Numbered from the stretch's first letter, positions 39,379 to 47,521 are shown. The stretch: 64,000 nucleotides of DNA from an uncultured virus (IMG/VR IMGVR_UViG_3300032116_000114) (IMGVR_UViG_3300032116_000114:1-64000); one strand, 5' to 3'. Numbers and translations: made by a program. Notes: generated by a model from the letters alone, not told the origin.

Positions 39379-39743
39379 TGCCTAGTTTACCAATACCAGT
39401 AAAACAAGATAGTGCAGCCGGCACAAAATTATTTTTTGATCAATATGGTCAGCAGCCTTTAGAATTTAGTGCCAATGAAGTAACTGCGGCAATTGCTTTT
39501 TTTCAAAGCAGAGGGTTTGATGACGATGCCGCAACACTAACTGCTCAAGTATTATTAAAACAAGCAAAAGTTGACGGTACTCCTGTTTTTAAAATCATTG
39601 ACACATTAAAAACATTCAACGGAGTTCAAATTAGTGCCGTTGTTGCTGAAATACTTAACAATAACAGATCATCTACCAGCACATTAGGCTATCGAGTTGA
39701 TATATTTGAAAAACTAAATCAAACTAGAAATATTTTTGCATAA
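39378..39743 (+). CDS. Hypothetical protein
   Basis: 121 aa ORF with TAATG stop/start coupling on both sides. Confidence 0.65.
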   Translation: MPSLPIPVKQDSAAGTKLFFDQYGQQPLEFSANEVTAAIAFFQSRGFDDDAATLTAQVLLKQAKVDGTPVFKIIDTLKTFNGVQISAVVAEILNNNRSSTSTLGYRVDIFEKLNQTRNIFA

Positions 39744-40183
39744 TGGCTAAATTTGCACAAGGGCGTTTCGAAGTTAAGAATGCCGACAAATATGTAGGAA
39801 AGAAACAACCACTGGCTCGTAGCAGTTGGGAGTTTATTTTCATGAAGATGTTAGACGAACATCAGGGTGTACAGAGCTGGGCTAGTGAAAGCATACAGAT
39901 TCCATACAGAGATCCATTAACAGGAAAATATACAATATATGTTCCTGATTTTTTTATTGTATACGTAGACAAGAACGGTAAAAAACATGCAGAGGTCATT
40001 GAAGTAAAACCATTGAGTCAAACACGGTTGGAAAATGTAGGAAAGAGTCAATACAATCAACAACAGTATGTTAAGAATATGGCAAAATGGGAAGCTGCAC
40101 AAGCATGGTGCAAACAACAAGGTATTCGATTTAGAATCGTAAACGAAGGTGATATTTTTCACCAAGGCTCCAAACGGAAATAA
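39743..40183 (+). CDS. gp4: Head completion nuclease, T4 gp4-like (TnsA-like PD-(D/E)xK)
   Basis: RSSWE, WASESIQIPY, YVPDF, IEVKP, NMAKWEAA. Confidence 0.88.
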   Translation: MAKFAQGRFEVKNADKYVGKKQPLARSSWEFIFMKMLDEHQGVQSWASESIQIPYRDPLTGKYTIYVPDFFIVYVDKNGKKHAEVIEVKPLSQTRLENVGKSQYNQQQYVKNMAKWEAAQAWCKQQGIRFRIVNEGDIFHQGSKRK

Positions 40184-40190
40184 GTAAAGT

Positions 40191-40673
40191 ATGACTAAAA
40201 AATTAGAAGAGCTTTTTAATTTGGAAGAATCAAAACCTGCAAAGGAAGAAGTTGTTCCAGAAGTAAAAGTTGACCATACTGAAGTACGCAGCCTAGACGA
40301 TAGCTACAAAGCGGTAGCTGAAATTACTCGCGGACTGCCACAGATCAAAGAGCTTGACGATCTAGATGATAACGAGTTAGAAAATCTAGCTTCAAAAGCC
40401 GAACAAGCCTATGACGATCTAATGGATCTGGGTATGAATGTAGAAGTACGATATAGCAGTCGAATTTTTGAAGTTGCAAGTTCAATGCTTGGACATGCAA
40501 TTACTGCAAAAACCAATAAGATTGAAAAAAAACTAAAGGCTGTAGATCTACAGCTTAAAAAGTACAAGATAGATAAAGACAATAACGAAGATCCAAATGA
40601 TGTTCTTAACGGTGTTGGCTACGTAATAACTGATCGAAACGATCTTATTAAAAAATTAAGCGGAAAAGCATAA
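40191..40673 (+). CDS. Probable terminase small subunit (gp16-like)
   Basis: Helical protein with RIFEVA and terminal DRNDLIKKL; size and position upstream of the large terminase fit. Confidence 0.5.
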   Translation: MTKKLEELFNLEESKPAKEEVVPEVKVDHTEVRSLDDSYKAVAEITRGLPQIKELDDLDDNELENLASKAEQAYDDLMDLGMNVEVRYSSRIFEVASSMLGHAITAKTNKIEKKLKAVDLQLKKYKIDKDNNEDPNDVLNGVGYVITDRNDLIKKLSGKA

Positions 40674-40681
40674 ATACTACT

Positions 40682-41242
40682 ATGAAAACTTTCAAAGAAT
40701 ATCTTGCCGAGGGTAAAAAATCATACAGCTTTAAGATTAAAGTTGCTGGTGATTTGCCCGAAGATTTCCAATCAAACTTGAAAACATCTCTAGAAAGATG
40801 TAAAGTTATGAAAATGGAAAAAATCAGTACAACACCAATCCAGGCAGTGCCCATGGATTTTCCAACCATGAAGAACTGTGAAGTTCACGTATTTGAAGTT
40901 GCTTGCGAATACCCAATTACAGGTCCTGAAATCAGTAGTGATATCAAGAGCATGGGCTTAGATGAAACTTGTTTTAGAGTAAGAGGCAGCAACGAATCTT
41001 CCGAAACTGATCAAGGTGAAACAGAAATTTTAAACGCTGACGGGTTATTAACAGACAGTCAGTATAAGGAAGCCGCTAATGTCAAACACAAAGATTTCTT
41101 TGGAGATGACTTTAACAAGAGCTTCTTAAAAGATTTAAGCAAAGTTGCTAAACAACAAAAGAAAGACAACGGTCAGTCAGAGTATAAACTGCCTAAGGCC
41201 AAAACTGATAAGACAGGCGTAAAAAGCGCCTTAGGGAGTTAA
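40682..41242 (+). CDS. Probable internal head protein with a capsid-targeting N-terminus
   Basis: Starts MKTFKEYLAE, resembling the T4 internal-protein targeting sequence MKTYQEFIAE. Confidence 0.55.
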   Translation: MKTFKEYLAEGKKSYSFKIKVAGDLPEDFQSNLKTSLERCKVMKMEKISTTPIQAVPMDFPTMKNCEVHVFEVACEYPITGPEISSDIKSMGLDETCFRVRGSNESSETDQGETEILNADGLLTDSQYKEAANVKHKDFFGDDFNKSFLKDLSKVAKQQKKDNGQSEYKLPKAKTDKTGVKSALGS

Positions 41243-41243
41243 T

Positions 41244-42161
41244 ATGAATTTCAATGAATTAATGCAAAGAATGCGCGAGCTTGACCAACCAGCAGTAGAA
41301 GCTTGCGGAGATCCTATGGGAATGCCTGCTCCAACTATTCCTTCTAAACCAGATGAGCCGCCTCCAAGCATGAGCGTGAACCTCAATGCACAGGGCATGG
41401 ACAACATTGCTGAATTAATGAAGTTGATGACCAAAGTCAATCCAGACATGATTAATCAACCAGCACCAATGGCGATGCCTCCAATTAGTGCAGAACCTAG
41501 TATTATGAGTATCAAACCACCAATGCCAGGTATAGGTGATCTAGGCAATCTAGATTCAGGTCCATTAAAAATGTTGCCTGACTTAGACAAAAAAGAACCT
41601 CACAGTGAACCTGATGCAGATAACATGGGTGGTCCTAGTGACATGGATGCAGACAATATGCCTCCAATGGGTGATCTAGACCGTGACGATAAAGGCATTG
41701 ACTCTATTCAAAAGTCTATGGGCGATCGTGACGGCGACGGCGATCATGACATGGACGATCACGACATGGAAAAAGACGACGAAAAAGATGGCAAGAAAGA
41801 CAAGGAAGAAGCATTTGGTAATGCTCCTACTGACGCACCAGATCAAGAATATCGCGGCATGGATGCTGCTATTCCAGACGGCGACGACTTAAACAAGCCA
41901 AAGAAAAGTTTTAGCGGTAAACCATATCGTGGCGACAATCCTATGGCTGCTGGCGCTTACGAAAGCAAAGAAGAACTACGTGCTAGTATCAAAGAAGAAC
42001 TACGTGCTCGTTTAGCAGAAGCTAAGTTTGACCCTTTAAAGCATGTTAAGAATCCTACACAAGGTGAAAAAGATGCTGCCAAAGATGTCAAGCGTGGTAG
42101 CTATGCAGATCGTGCAGCCATGTTGAAGTCTGCTGAAAAAGACGGCCGTTTGAAAAAATAA
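41244..42161 (+). CDS. Low-complexity Pro/Met/Asp-rich protein, possible prohead core or internal protein
   Basis: 305 aa of disordered composition with GGGAG RBS, located between head and packaging genes. Confidence 0.6.
   Translation: MNFNELMQRMRELDQPAVEACGDPMGMPAPTIPSKPDEPPPSMSVNLNAQGMDNIAELMKLMTKVNPDMINQPAPMAMPPISAEPSIMSIKPPMPGIGDLGNLDSGPLKMLPDLDKKEPHSEPDADNMGGPSDMDADNMPPMGDLDRDDKGIDSIQKSMGDRDGDGDHDMDDHDMEKDDEKDGKKDKEEAFGNAPTDAPDQEYRGMDAAIPDGDDLNKPKKSFSGKPYRGDNPMAAGAYESKEELRASIKEELRARLAEAKFDPLKHVKNPTQGEKDAAKDVKRGSYADRAAMLKSAEKDGRLKK
41966..42008 (+). repeat. 19-nt direct repeat with 24-nt period
   Basis: CAAAGAAGAACTACGTGCT at 41966 and at 41990, encoding KEELRA twice. Confidence 0.9.
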
Positions 42162-42180
42162 TTAGTTTACAGCAATACCA

Positions 42181-42207
42181 AAAAGCATCCTTCGGGGTGC
42201 TTTTTTT
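42181..42207 (+). terminator. Intrinsic terminator with UUCG loop
   Basis: AAAAGCATCC-TTCG-GGGTGCTTTTTTT. Confidence 0.85.
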
Positions 42208-42221
42208 ATGTAAATAACACT

Positions 42222-43808
42222 ATGTCAAAATCATTAGATGGCGTATTAATTAAGAAAGCTCATGCTCCTCAAAGGTATACCCTAGAGGAAGTCAAGCATC
42301 TTGAAGCCTGCATGGATCCTATAACTGGTCCATTGTATTTTTGTAAAAACTTTTTAAAAATTCAACATCCTGTTCGAGGTTCAATTCCCTTTGAGCCCTA
42401 TGAATATCAAGAACGTCTAATTGAATCTTATCACAATAATAAACAGTGTATTGCCATGTTGCCTAGACAGATGGGCAAGACCACGTGTGCTACTGGTTAT
42501 CTATTATGGTATACAATGTTTATTCCAGAAGCACAGGTGTTAATTGCTGCTCACAAGTATGAAGGTGCGCAAGATATTATGAACCGCTATCGATATGGTT
42601 ATGAAAACTTGCCCGACTTTATTCGTGCTGGGGTACACAGTTATAATAGAAACACCATTGAATATGATAATGGCGCACGTATACAGGCAACAACTACTAC
42701 AGAAAATACAGGTCGTGGTAAATCTCTTTCGTTAATTTATTGTGACGAGTTTGCGTTTGTGCAACCACCAGAAAAAGCCAAAGAGTTCTGGACTGCACTA
42801 TCACCTACATTATCAACAGGTGGTAAGTGTATTATTACATCAACCCCAAACAGTGATGAAGATCAGTTTGCGCTTATTTGGACAGAAGCTAATAAGAAGT
42901 TTGATGAGTTTGGCAACGAACAAAAATTAGGTCAAAACGGATTTGCTTCGTTCTTTGCACATTGGGCAGAGCATCCAGACCGCGATGACAAATGGGCACA
43001 AACTGAGCGTAGTAAGATTGGTGAAGAACGTTTCCGCCGTGAGTTTGATTGCGAGTTCTTGATTTTTGACGAAACGCTAATCAACGCAGTACGTCTTGCA
43101 GAAATGAAAGGTATTGATCCTATAATGACCATGGGTCAAACCCGCTGGTACAAAGACATTGATCCTAGGGCAACATACCTAGTGTCGTTAGATCCTAGCT
43201 TAGGCACAGGTGGAGACTATGGTGCTATTCAAGTATTTGAAATGCCTAGTATGGAACAGGTAGCAGAGTGGCGACATAATCTAACTCCTATACAAGCACA
43301 GGTTAAACATCTACGAGAAATATGCAAGTACATTCAAGACCGTGGTATGGAAAAAGGCAGTGCTCCTCAACTATACTATTCGGTGGAAAATAACACTCTA
43401 GGTGAAGCTGCTCTAATTGTGATCAATAACATAGGTGAAGAGAATTTTCCAGGTTTATTCCTTTCTGAGCCGATTCGTAAGGGTCATGTACGCAAATTCA
43501 GAAAAGGATTTAATACTACTCACAAGTCAAAAATCACTGCTTGTAGCCAGGTTAAACACATGTTAGAAACAGGAAAAATGAAAATTTCTAGTAAACCCTT
43601 AATTTCTGAATTAAAGACGTTCGTAGCACACGGAGTAGGATTTGGCGCAAAAACAGGCGAACACGACGACCTAGTAAGTGCTATGCTACTAATCATAAGA
43701 ATGGCTGGCATATTATCAGACTGGGATCCCAAGATCTACGAAAAAATGACAGAAAAAATAACCGAAGATCAAATGCCAATGCCGATATTTGTGTCTAGTG
43801 GTTTTTGA
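42222..43808 (+). CDS. gp17: Terminase large subunit, T4 gp17-like
   Basis: Walker A PRQMGKTT, Walker B LIYCDEFAF, ITSTPN, and nuclease motifs DPSLGTGGDY and HDDLV. Confidence 0.95.
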   Translation: MSKSLDGVLIKKAHAPQRYTLEEVKHLEACMDPITGPLYFCKNFLKIQHPVRGSIPFEPYEYQERLIESYHNNKQCIAMLPRQMGKTTCATGYLLWYTMFIPEAQVLIAAHKYEGAQDIMNRYRYGYENLPDFIRAGVHSYNRNTIEYDNGARIQATTTTENTGRGKSLSLIYCDEFAFVQPPEKAKEFWTALSPTLSTGGKCIITSTPNSDEDQFALIWTEANKKFDEFGNEQKLGQNGFASFFAHWAEHPDRDDKWAQTERSKIGEERFRREFDCEFLIFDETLINAVRLAEMKGIDPIMTMGQTRWYKDIDPRATYLVSLDPSLGTGGDYGAIQVFEMPSMEQVAEWRHNLTPIQAQVKHLREICKYIQDRGMEKGSAPQLYYSVENNTLGEAALIVINNIGEENFPGLFLSEPIRKGHVRKFRKGFNTTHKSKITACSQVKHMLETGKMKISSKPLISELKTFVAHGVGFGAKTGEHDDLVSAMLLIIRMAGILSDWDPKIYEKMTEKITEDQMPMPIFVSSGF

Positions 43809-43819
43809 TAAATATAACT

Positions 43820-45784
43820 ATGGACGCAACAAACAATATAGCCACCGATTTATTCTATAAAATTAGAAGCCGCTTCAAAGGCCTAAAATTAGGCGATAGT
43901 AGCGGCGCTATCACTATCAATCCCGAGGATGCTCGCTTCTTTGATTTTGATTATATGGAAGGTGAAACAGCCATTGGACATGTTAGTATTAGCCTAGCAG
44001 AACAAAGTTCACTGAAGGTATATTTCTCTACAGGAATTACAGAGTCAATGGACGGCAATCAAAAAACAAATTGGTACGGATTTTTAAAAGAGTTAAGACA
44101 GTTTGCCAAGCGTAGACTAATGGCGTTTGACACTAGAGATATTGCTAAAGATAATCTAGATCAACGAGATTATGAATTTCTAAGTCAAAACAATCAACCT
44201 AAAGAACAACCAAACACAGTGGTTAAACCTGTTGGAGAAAGCATTATGAGTGAAAGCGCACTATACGGATCAAAGACCGTTAGTTATCAAAAGTTAATGG
44301 ATACACGTCTAATTATCAAACACAGTCAAGCAGTTATGGATGATGCAGCACCCGGTGCTAGAAGCAGAAACATTTCTGGACTGTTTGTGGAAAATCAAGA
44401 CGGTGAACGTTTTAAGTATCCGTTCATTCACCTAGCAGGCGCTCGTGCAATGCAGAGACATGTGGCCAACGGTGGTGTTCCTTACGACGATCTTGGCAAA
44501 AGTATTATCAACATGAGTGAAGAAATTGCTCAACTAAAGAGCTTTGGCAATTATGTTGTGCGTAATGACTTAATGAATTCAGAAACTAATAATGTTGTAG
44601 AAAGATCAGCAGAGCAATTAAACAAATTGCGTGAACAAATCAAGGCAATGAGCAAGCAAAGTCATTACGAACAATATCGTGAATCATTCCAGGCACAGCC
44701 ACAAGAAGAAGTTCCACAAGAATTTGTAGAAGAGTTTACAGAAAAATTCACAGTTAGAAACTTCAAAGAAGATATTAAAAATGTGTTCCCAGTCTTGTAT
44801 AGACTAATGAAAGAAAGCGACATAGGCTATGACGACATAGTCGCAATGACAACTGCAACACAAGGAACCGACGAACAATTAGAACTCGAAGAACATTCAG
44901 AGTTTGATCGTTTTGAATCTTGGGTTATGGGGTTAGGCGAAGATTCTGCTATTGCTAGTCAAGATCCAGAAGAACAACAGACAGCAAAACAAGAATTACA
45001 AGAACTAGTAGGACAAGCATTTTCCGTTGGAGTCGACGGTAGTAATGCCATTGAAAGTCTAAAAGGCATCATTGAAGATCCTACACTATTCAAAGAGATT
45101 AAAGAAGCAGCAAAATTGGATCCAGATGCAGATGTTAGAGGACTAGTCAAAGATTGGTTAGAATCTAATGTGCCAGAGGCACTTGAAGGCCTAGACTTTG
45201 GCGACTTCCAAGAAGAAGAGCCGGCCGGTGAACAACCGCCAGAAGGCGAGGAATTACCTCAAGAAGCAGCAGACGGTCCTAACAAAAGTGATGTTCCAGC
45301 ATATCTACGTAAACAAAAAGGCGAAGATCCAATGACTCTAAAGGATCTAGAAGATGAAAAAACTAAATCTCCAACAAGCTCAGCAGGCCTAGCACGTAGA
45401 AAACAAGAATTAGGAATGGGCGAAGCTGATAATGAACCCGGTGAAAAAGATGATGATCCCCCATTTGATCCGGATCCAACACCAAGCAAGCCAGTGACAC
45501 CTGGTAAGCATGGTCAAGAGTATTCTAAGGCTAAACATCTAGCACAGCAAGGTATAAAGAAGGCAATGAATGTACAAGAACTTGCAGAATTTATTCACAG
45601 TTTTTATGATCGTGAATCAGGAACATTCCCTAAAGGTCCAGAAGGCGTTTCTATTATGGTAGGCAAGAAGTTTGGTGAACAGGCAGAAATGATTGCTCGC
45701 AAAATGGTAGAAAGAATGGCACCACAACAACAAGATCCACAGATTGCAGAATTGGCTCGTATTAGGGAACTTGCAGGCTATTAA
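43820..45784 (+). CDS. Large acidic hypothetical protein, possible internal head protein
   Basis: Start revised to ATG 43820 (TAAATA-N5-ATG); acidic, with a disordered C-terminal part ending LARIRELAGY. Confidence 0.7.
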   Translation: MDATNNIATDLFYKIRSRFKGLKLGDSSGAITINPEDARFFDFDYMEGETAIGHVSISLAEQSSLKVYFSTGITESMDGNQKTNWYGFLKELRQFAKRRLMAFDTRDIAKDNLDQRDYEFLSQNNQPKEQPNTVVKPVGESIMSESALYGSKTVSYQKLMDTRLIIKHSQAVMDDAAPGARSRNISGLFVENQDGERFKYPFIHLAGARAMQRHVANGGVPYDDLGKSIINMSEEIAQLKSFGNYVVRNDLMNSETNNVVERSAEQLNKLREQIKAMSKQSHYEQYRESFQAQPQEEVPQEFVEEFTEKFTVRNFKEDIKNVFPVLYRLMKESDIGYDDIVAMTTATQGTDEQLELEEHSEFDRFESWVMGLGEDSAIASQDPEEQQTAKQELQELVGQAFSVGVDGSNAIESLKGIIEDPTLFKEIKEAAKLDPDADVRGLVKDWLESNVPEALEGLDFGDFQEEEPAGEQPPEGEELPQEAADGPNKSDVPAYLRKQKGEDPMTLKDLEDEKTKSPTSSAGLARRKQELGMGEADNEPGEKDDDPPFDPDPTPSKPVTPGKHGQEYSKAKHLAQQGIKKAMNVQELAEFIHSFYDRESGTFPKGPEGVSIMVGKKFGEQAEMIARKMVERMAPQQQDPQIAELARIRELAGY

Positions 45785-45826
45785 GATTGTTCGTAGCAGT
45801 TAGAGTCTAGTTAACTCTATTAGATT

Positions 45827-45850
45827 GGGCACTTAGGTGCCCTTTCTTTT
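45827..45850 (+). terminator. Intrinsic terminator
   Basis: GGGCAC-ttag-GTGCCC followed by TTTCTTTT. Confidence 0.8.
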
Positions 45851-45862
45851 GGCTAAATCAGT

Positions 45863-45890
45863 TGTCAACGGAATTGTAGGCTACAGCGTT
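45863..45890 (+). promoter_or_regulatory. Candidate ECF-sigma-type promoter
   Basis: TGTCAAC-17 nt-CGTT matches the general ECF pattern of AAC at -35 and CGT at -10. No TAAATA or TTGAC is present in this gap. Confidence 0.4.
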
Positions 45891-45942
45891 ATATATATAC
45901 GCAGGGACAATTCTTTGCGTATAACATAAAGGAAACTTTAAA

Positions 45943-46164
45943 ATGAAATCAGCAATCGCAATCGTAGTAGCATCATTGTTTGCAGTATCAGCATTTGCCC
46001 AGGCACCTGCTGCTAAGAAAGAAGAAGTTAAGCCAGCAGCACCAGCAGCAAGTGCTACTGCACCAGCTAAGGCAGAAGCCAAAAAGGACGAGAAAAAGCC
46101 TGCCAAAAGTGAGCCTGCTAAGAAAGACGCACCTAAAGCAGACGCAAAGCCAGCCGCTAAGTAA
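45943..46164 (+). CDS. Small secreted Ala/Lys/Pro-rich protein with a Sec signal peptide
   Basis: MKSAIAIVVASLFAVSAFA|QAPAAKK with an AxA cleavage site; AAGGA RBS; low-complexity mature part. Confidence 0.8.
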   Translation: MKSAIAIVVASLFAVSAFAQAPAAKKEEVKPAAPAASATAPAKAEAKKDEKKPAKSEPAKKDAPKADAKPAAK

Positions 46165-46345
46165 TCGAGATCTAGAAGACAGTGATAGTTTTGTCGTTGA
46201 TGATGAAATTACATTTGGACGCAATCTAAGATCACATACATTTGGTAAACTTGTTGAAGACGATGATTTATCAGATTATGTAAAATTTAGATTGTGGCTA
46301 GCTAGACAAAGAGCAATGGCAGCATATAGAGAAAAGTGGGCATGA
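46109..46345 (+). CDS. Small protein with anti-sigma-like helix, in the +1 frame of the secreted-protein gene; start uncertain
   Basis: The part after 46164 reads as protein (EDDDLSDYVKFRLWLARQRAMAAYREKWA) and fills the gap up to a terminator. In-frame starts are only TTG 45980/45995 and GTG 46052/46109. Confidence 0.5.
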   Translation: MSLLRKTHLKQTQSQPLSNRDLEDSDSFVVDDEITFGRNLRSHTFGKLVEDDDLSDYVKFRLWLARQRAMAAYREKWA

Positions 46346-46361
46346 CCCACTTTTTTCTTTT
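46332..46361 (+). terminator. Intrinsic terminator
   Basis: AAAAGTGGG-catga-CCCACTTTT plus T-tract, overlapping the stop of the small ORF. Confidence 0.8.
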
Positions 46362-46395
46362 GGCAAAATAATATTAAAAAAATAGCAGATAATCA

Positions 46396-46424
46396 TTGAC
46401 CTTGATAAATAAAAAGCGCATAAT
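46396..46424 (+). promoter_or_regulatory. Sigma70-type promoter with an embedded late TAAATA
   Basis: TTGACC-17 nt-CATAAT; TAAATA at 46406-46411 lies in the spacer. Confidence 0.65.
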
Positions 46425-46480
46425 AATACATGTGCATAAGGCATATAAACATTTTAGGCATAACATAGGAGGCATATAAA

Positions 46481-47461
46481 ATGGCTACATTAGCAGAAAT
46501 CCGTGCGAAACTTCAAGAAGCACAATCAAAGTCCACAGGACAATCCACCGGCGGTGGAGACAACGCAATTTACCCACATTGGAACATGCAAGAAGGCAAG
46601 GAAGCGGTTATCCGTTTGCTACCCGATGGCAACTCAGCCAATACGTTTTTCTGGGTAGAACGTGCAATGATCAAATTGCCGTTCGCAGGCATCAAAGGTG
46701 AAACAGACAGTCGTCCAGTGCAGGTACAAGTACCTTGCGTGGAAATGTACAACGACGGTTCAGTTTGTCCTATCCTTTCAGAAGTACGTGGCTGGTTCAA
46801 GGATAAGAGTTTGGAAGAAATGGGTCGCAAGTACTGGAAGAAGCGTTCATACATTTTCCAAGGCTTCGTTGTTGAAGATCCAATCGGTGAAGATAAGAAA
46901 CCAGAAAATCCAATCCGTCGATTCATTATCGGTCCACAGATTTATCAAATCATTCGTTCAGCTTTGATGGATCCAGAGTTGGAAGAATTGCCAACTGACT
47001 ACCTCAAGGGTGTAGACTTCCGTATTGCCAAGACATCGAAAGGTGGCTTTGCTGATTATTCTACATCAAAGTGGAGCCGTCGTGAGCGTTCATTGACCGA
47101 AGTTGAAGCGGCAGCATTAGAGGCACATCAACTGCACAATCTGTCAGACTTCTTGCCCAAGAAGCCAACTGACGTTGAACTCAAGGTCATGAAAGAAATG
47201 TTTGAAGCGTCAGTTGACGGTGAAGCATATGACATGGATCGTTGGGGTCAATATTTTAAGCCAGCAGGTATGGGAGCCGCAACAGGTGATCCACATCGTG
47301 CAACAGCTAATACATCAACACCGGCTGCTAAAGCCAGTGAAGATTTTGATGAGGAGCCTGCTCCGGTAGCCAAGCCTACGGCAGCGGCGCCAGCAGCTTC
47401 AACTGAAGGTGCAAGTCGTGCGCAAGACATCCTTGCCATGATTCGCAACCGTCAGAAGTAA
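46481..47461 (+). CDS. gp32: Single-stranded DNA-binding protein, T4 gp32-like
   Basis: AVIRLLPDGN, CPI, YWKKRSYIFQGFV, GVDFRIAK...GFADYSTSKW, acidic C-terminal region. Confidence 0.9.
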   Translation: MATLAEIRAKLQEAQSKSTGQSTGGGDNAIYPHWNMQEGKEAVIRLLPDGNSANTFFWVERAMIKLPFAGIKGETDSRPVQVQVPCVEMYNDGSVCPILSEVRGWFKDKSLEEMGRKYWKKRSYIFQGFVVEDPIGEDKKPENPIRRFIIGPQIYQIIRSALMDPELEELPTDYLKGVDFRIAKTSKGGFADYSTSKWSRRERSLTEVEAAALEAHQLHNLSDFLPKKPTDVELKVMKEMFEASVDGEAYDMDRWGQYFKPAGMGAATGDPHRATANTSTPAAKASEDFDEEPAPVAKPTAAAPAASTEGASRAQDILAMIRNRQK

Positions 47462-47474
47462 TTTAGCTAAACAT

Positions 47475-47504
47475 AGAGTGCGGGTCAATCTCGCACTCTT
47501 TTTT
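47475..47504 (+). terminator. Terminator-like hairpin between gp32 and uvsX
   Basis: AGAGTGCG...CGCACTCT followed by a T-tract. Confidence 0.7.
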
Positions 47505-47521
47505 CAATAAGGCATAATAAT

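Noticed and set aside
39743..40183. Tn7-like transposon suggested by the TnsA-like motif
   Set aside because: Motifs and context match the T4 gp4 head-completion nuclease; no TnsB/TnsC genes or terminal repeats are present.
45785..45826. tRNA or structured ncRNA after ORF 43820 (TAGAGT...ACTCTA inverted repeat)
   Set aside because: Only a 6-bp AT-rich stem; no cloverleaf, T-loop or CCA end.
46078..46100. -1 frameshift at the AAA AAG runs as the route to the downstream peptide
   Set aside because: The heptamers are C_AAA_AAG and G_AAA_AAG rather than A_AAA_AAG, and a -1 shift would enter the wrong frame; the peptide is in +1.
45858..46224. Minus-strand ORFs 45858..46106 and 45988..46224
   Set aside because: They are antisense shadows of the low-complexity plus-strand gene, which has the RBS, signal peptide and terminator.
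46418..46480. Mini CRISPR array
   Set aside because: The repeats are only 5-11 nt with irregular short spacing and no cas genes are present; a leader or operator explains them better.
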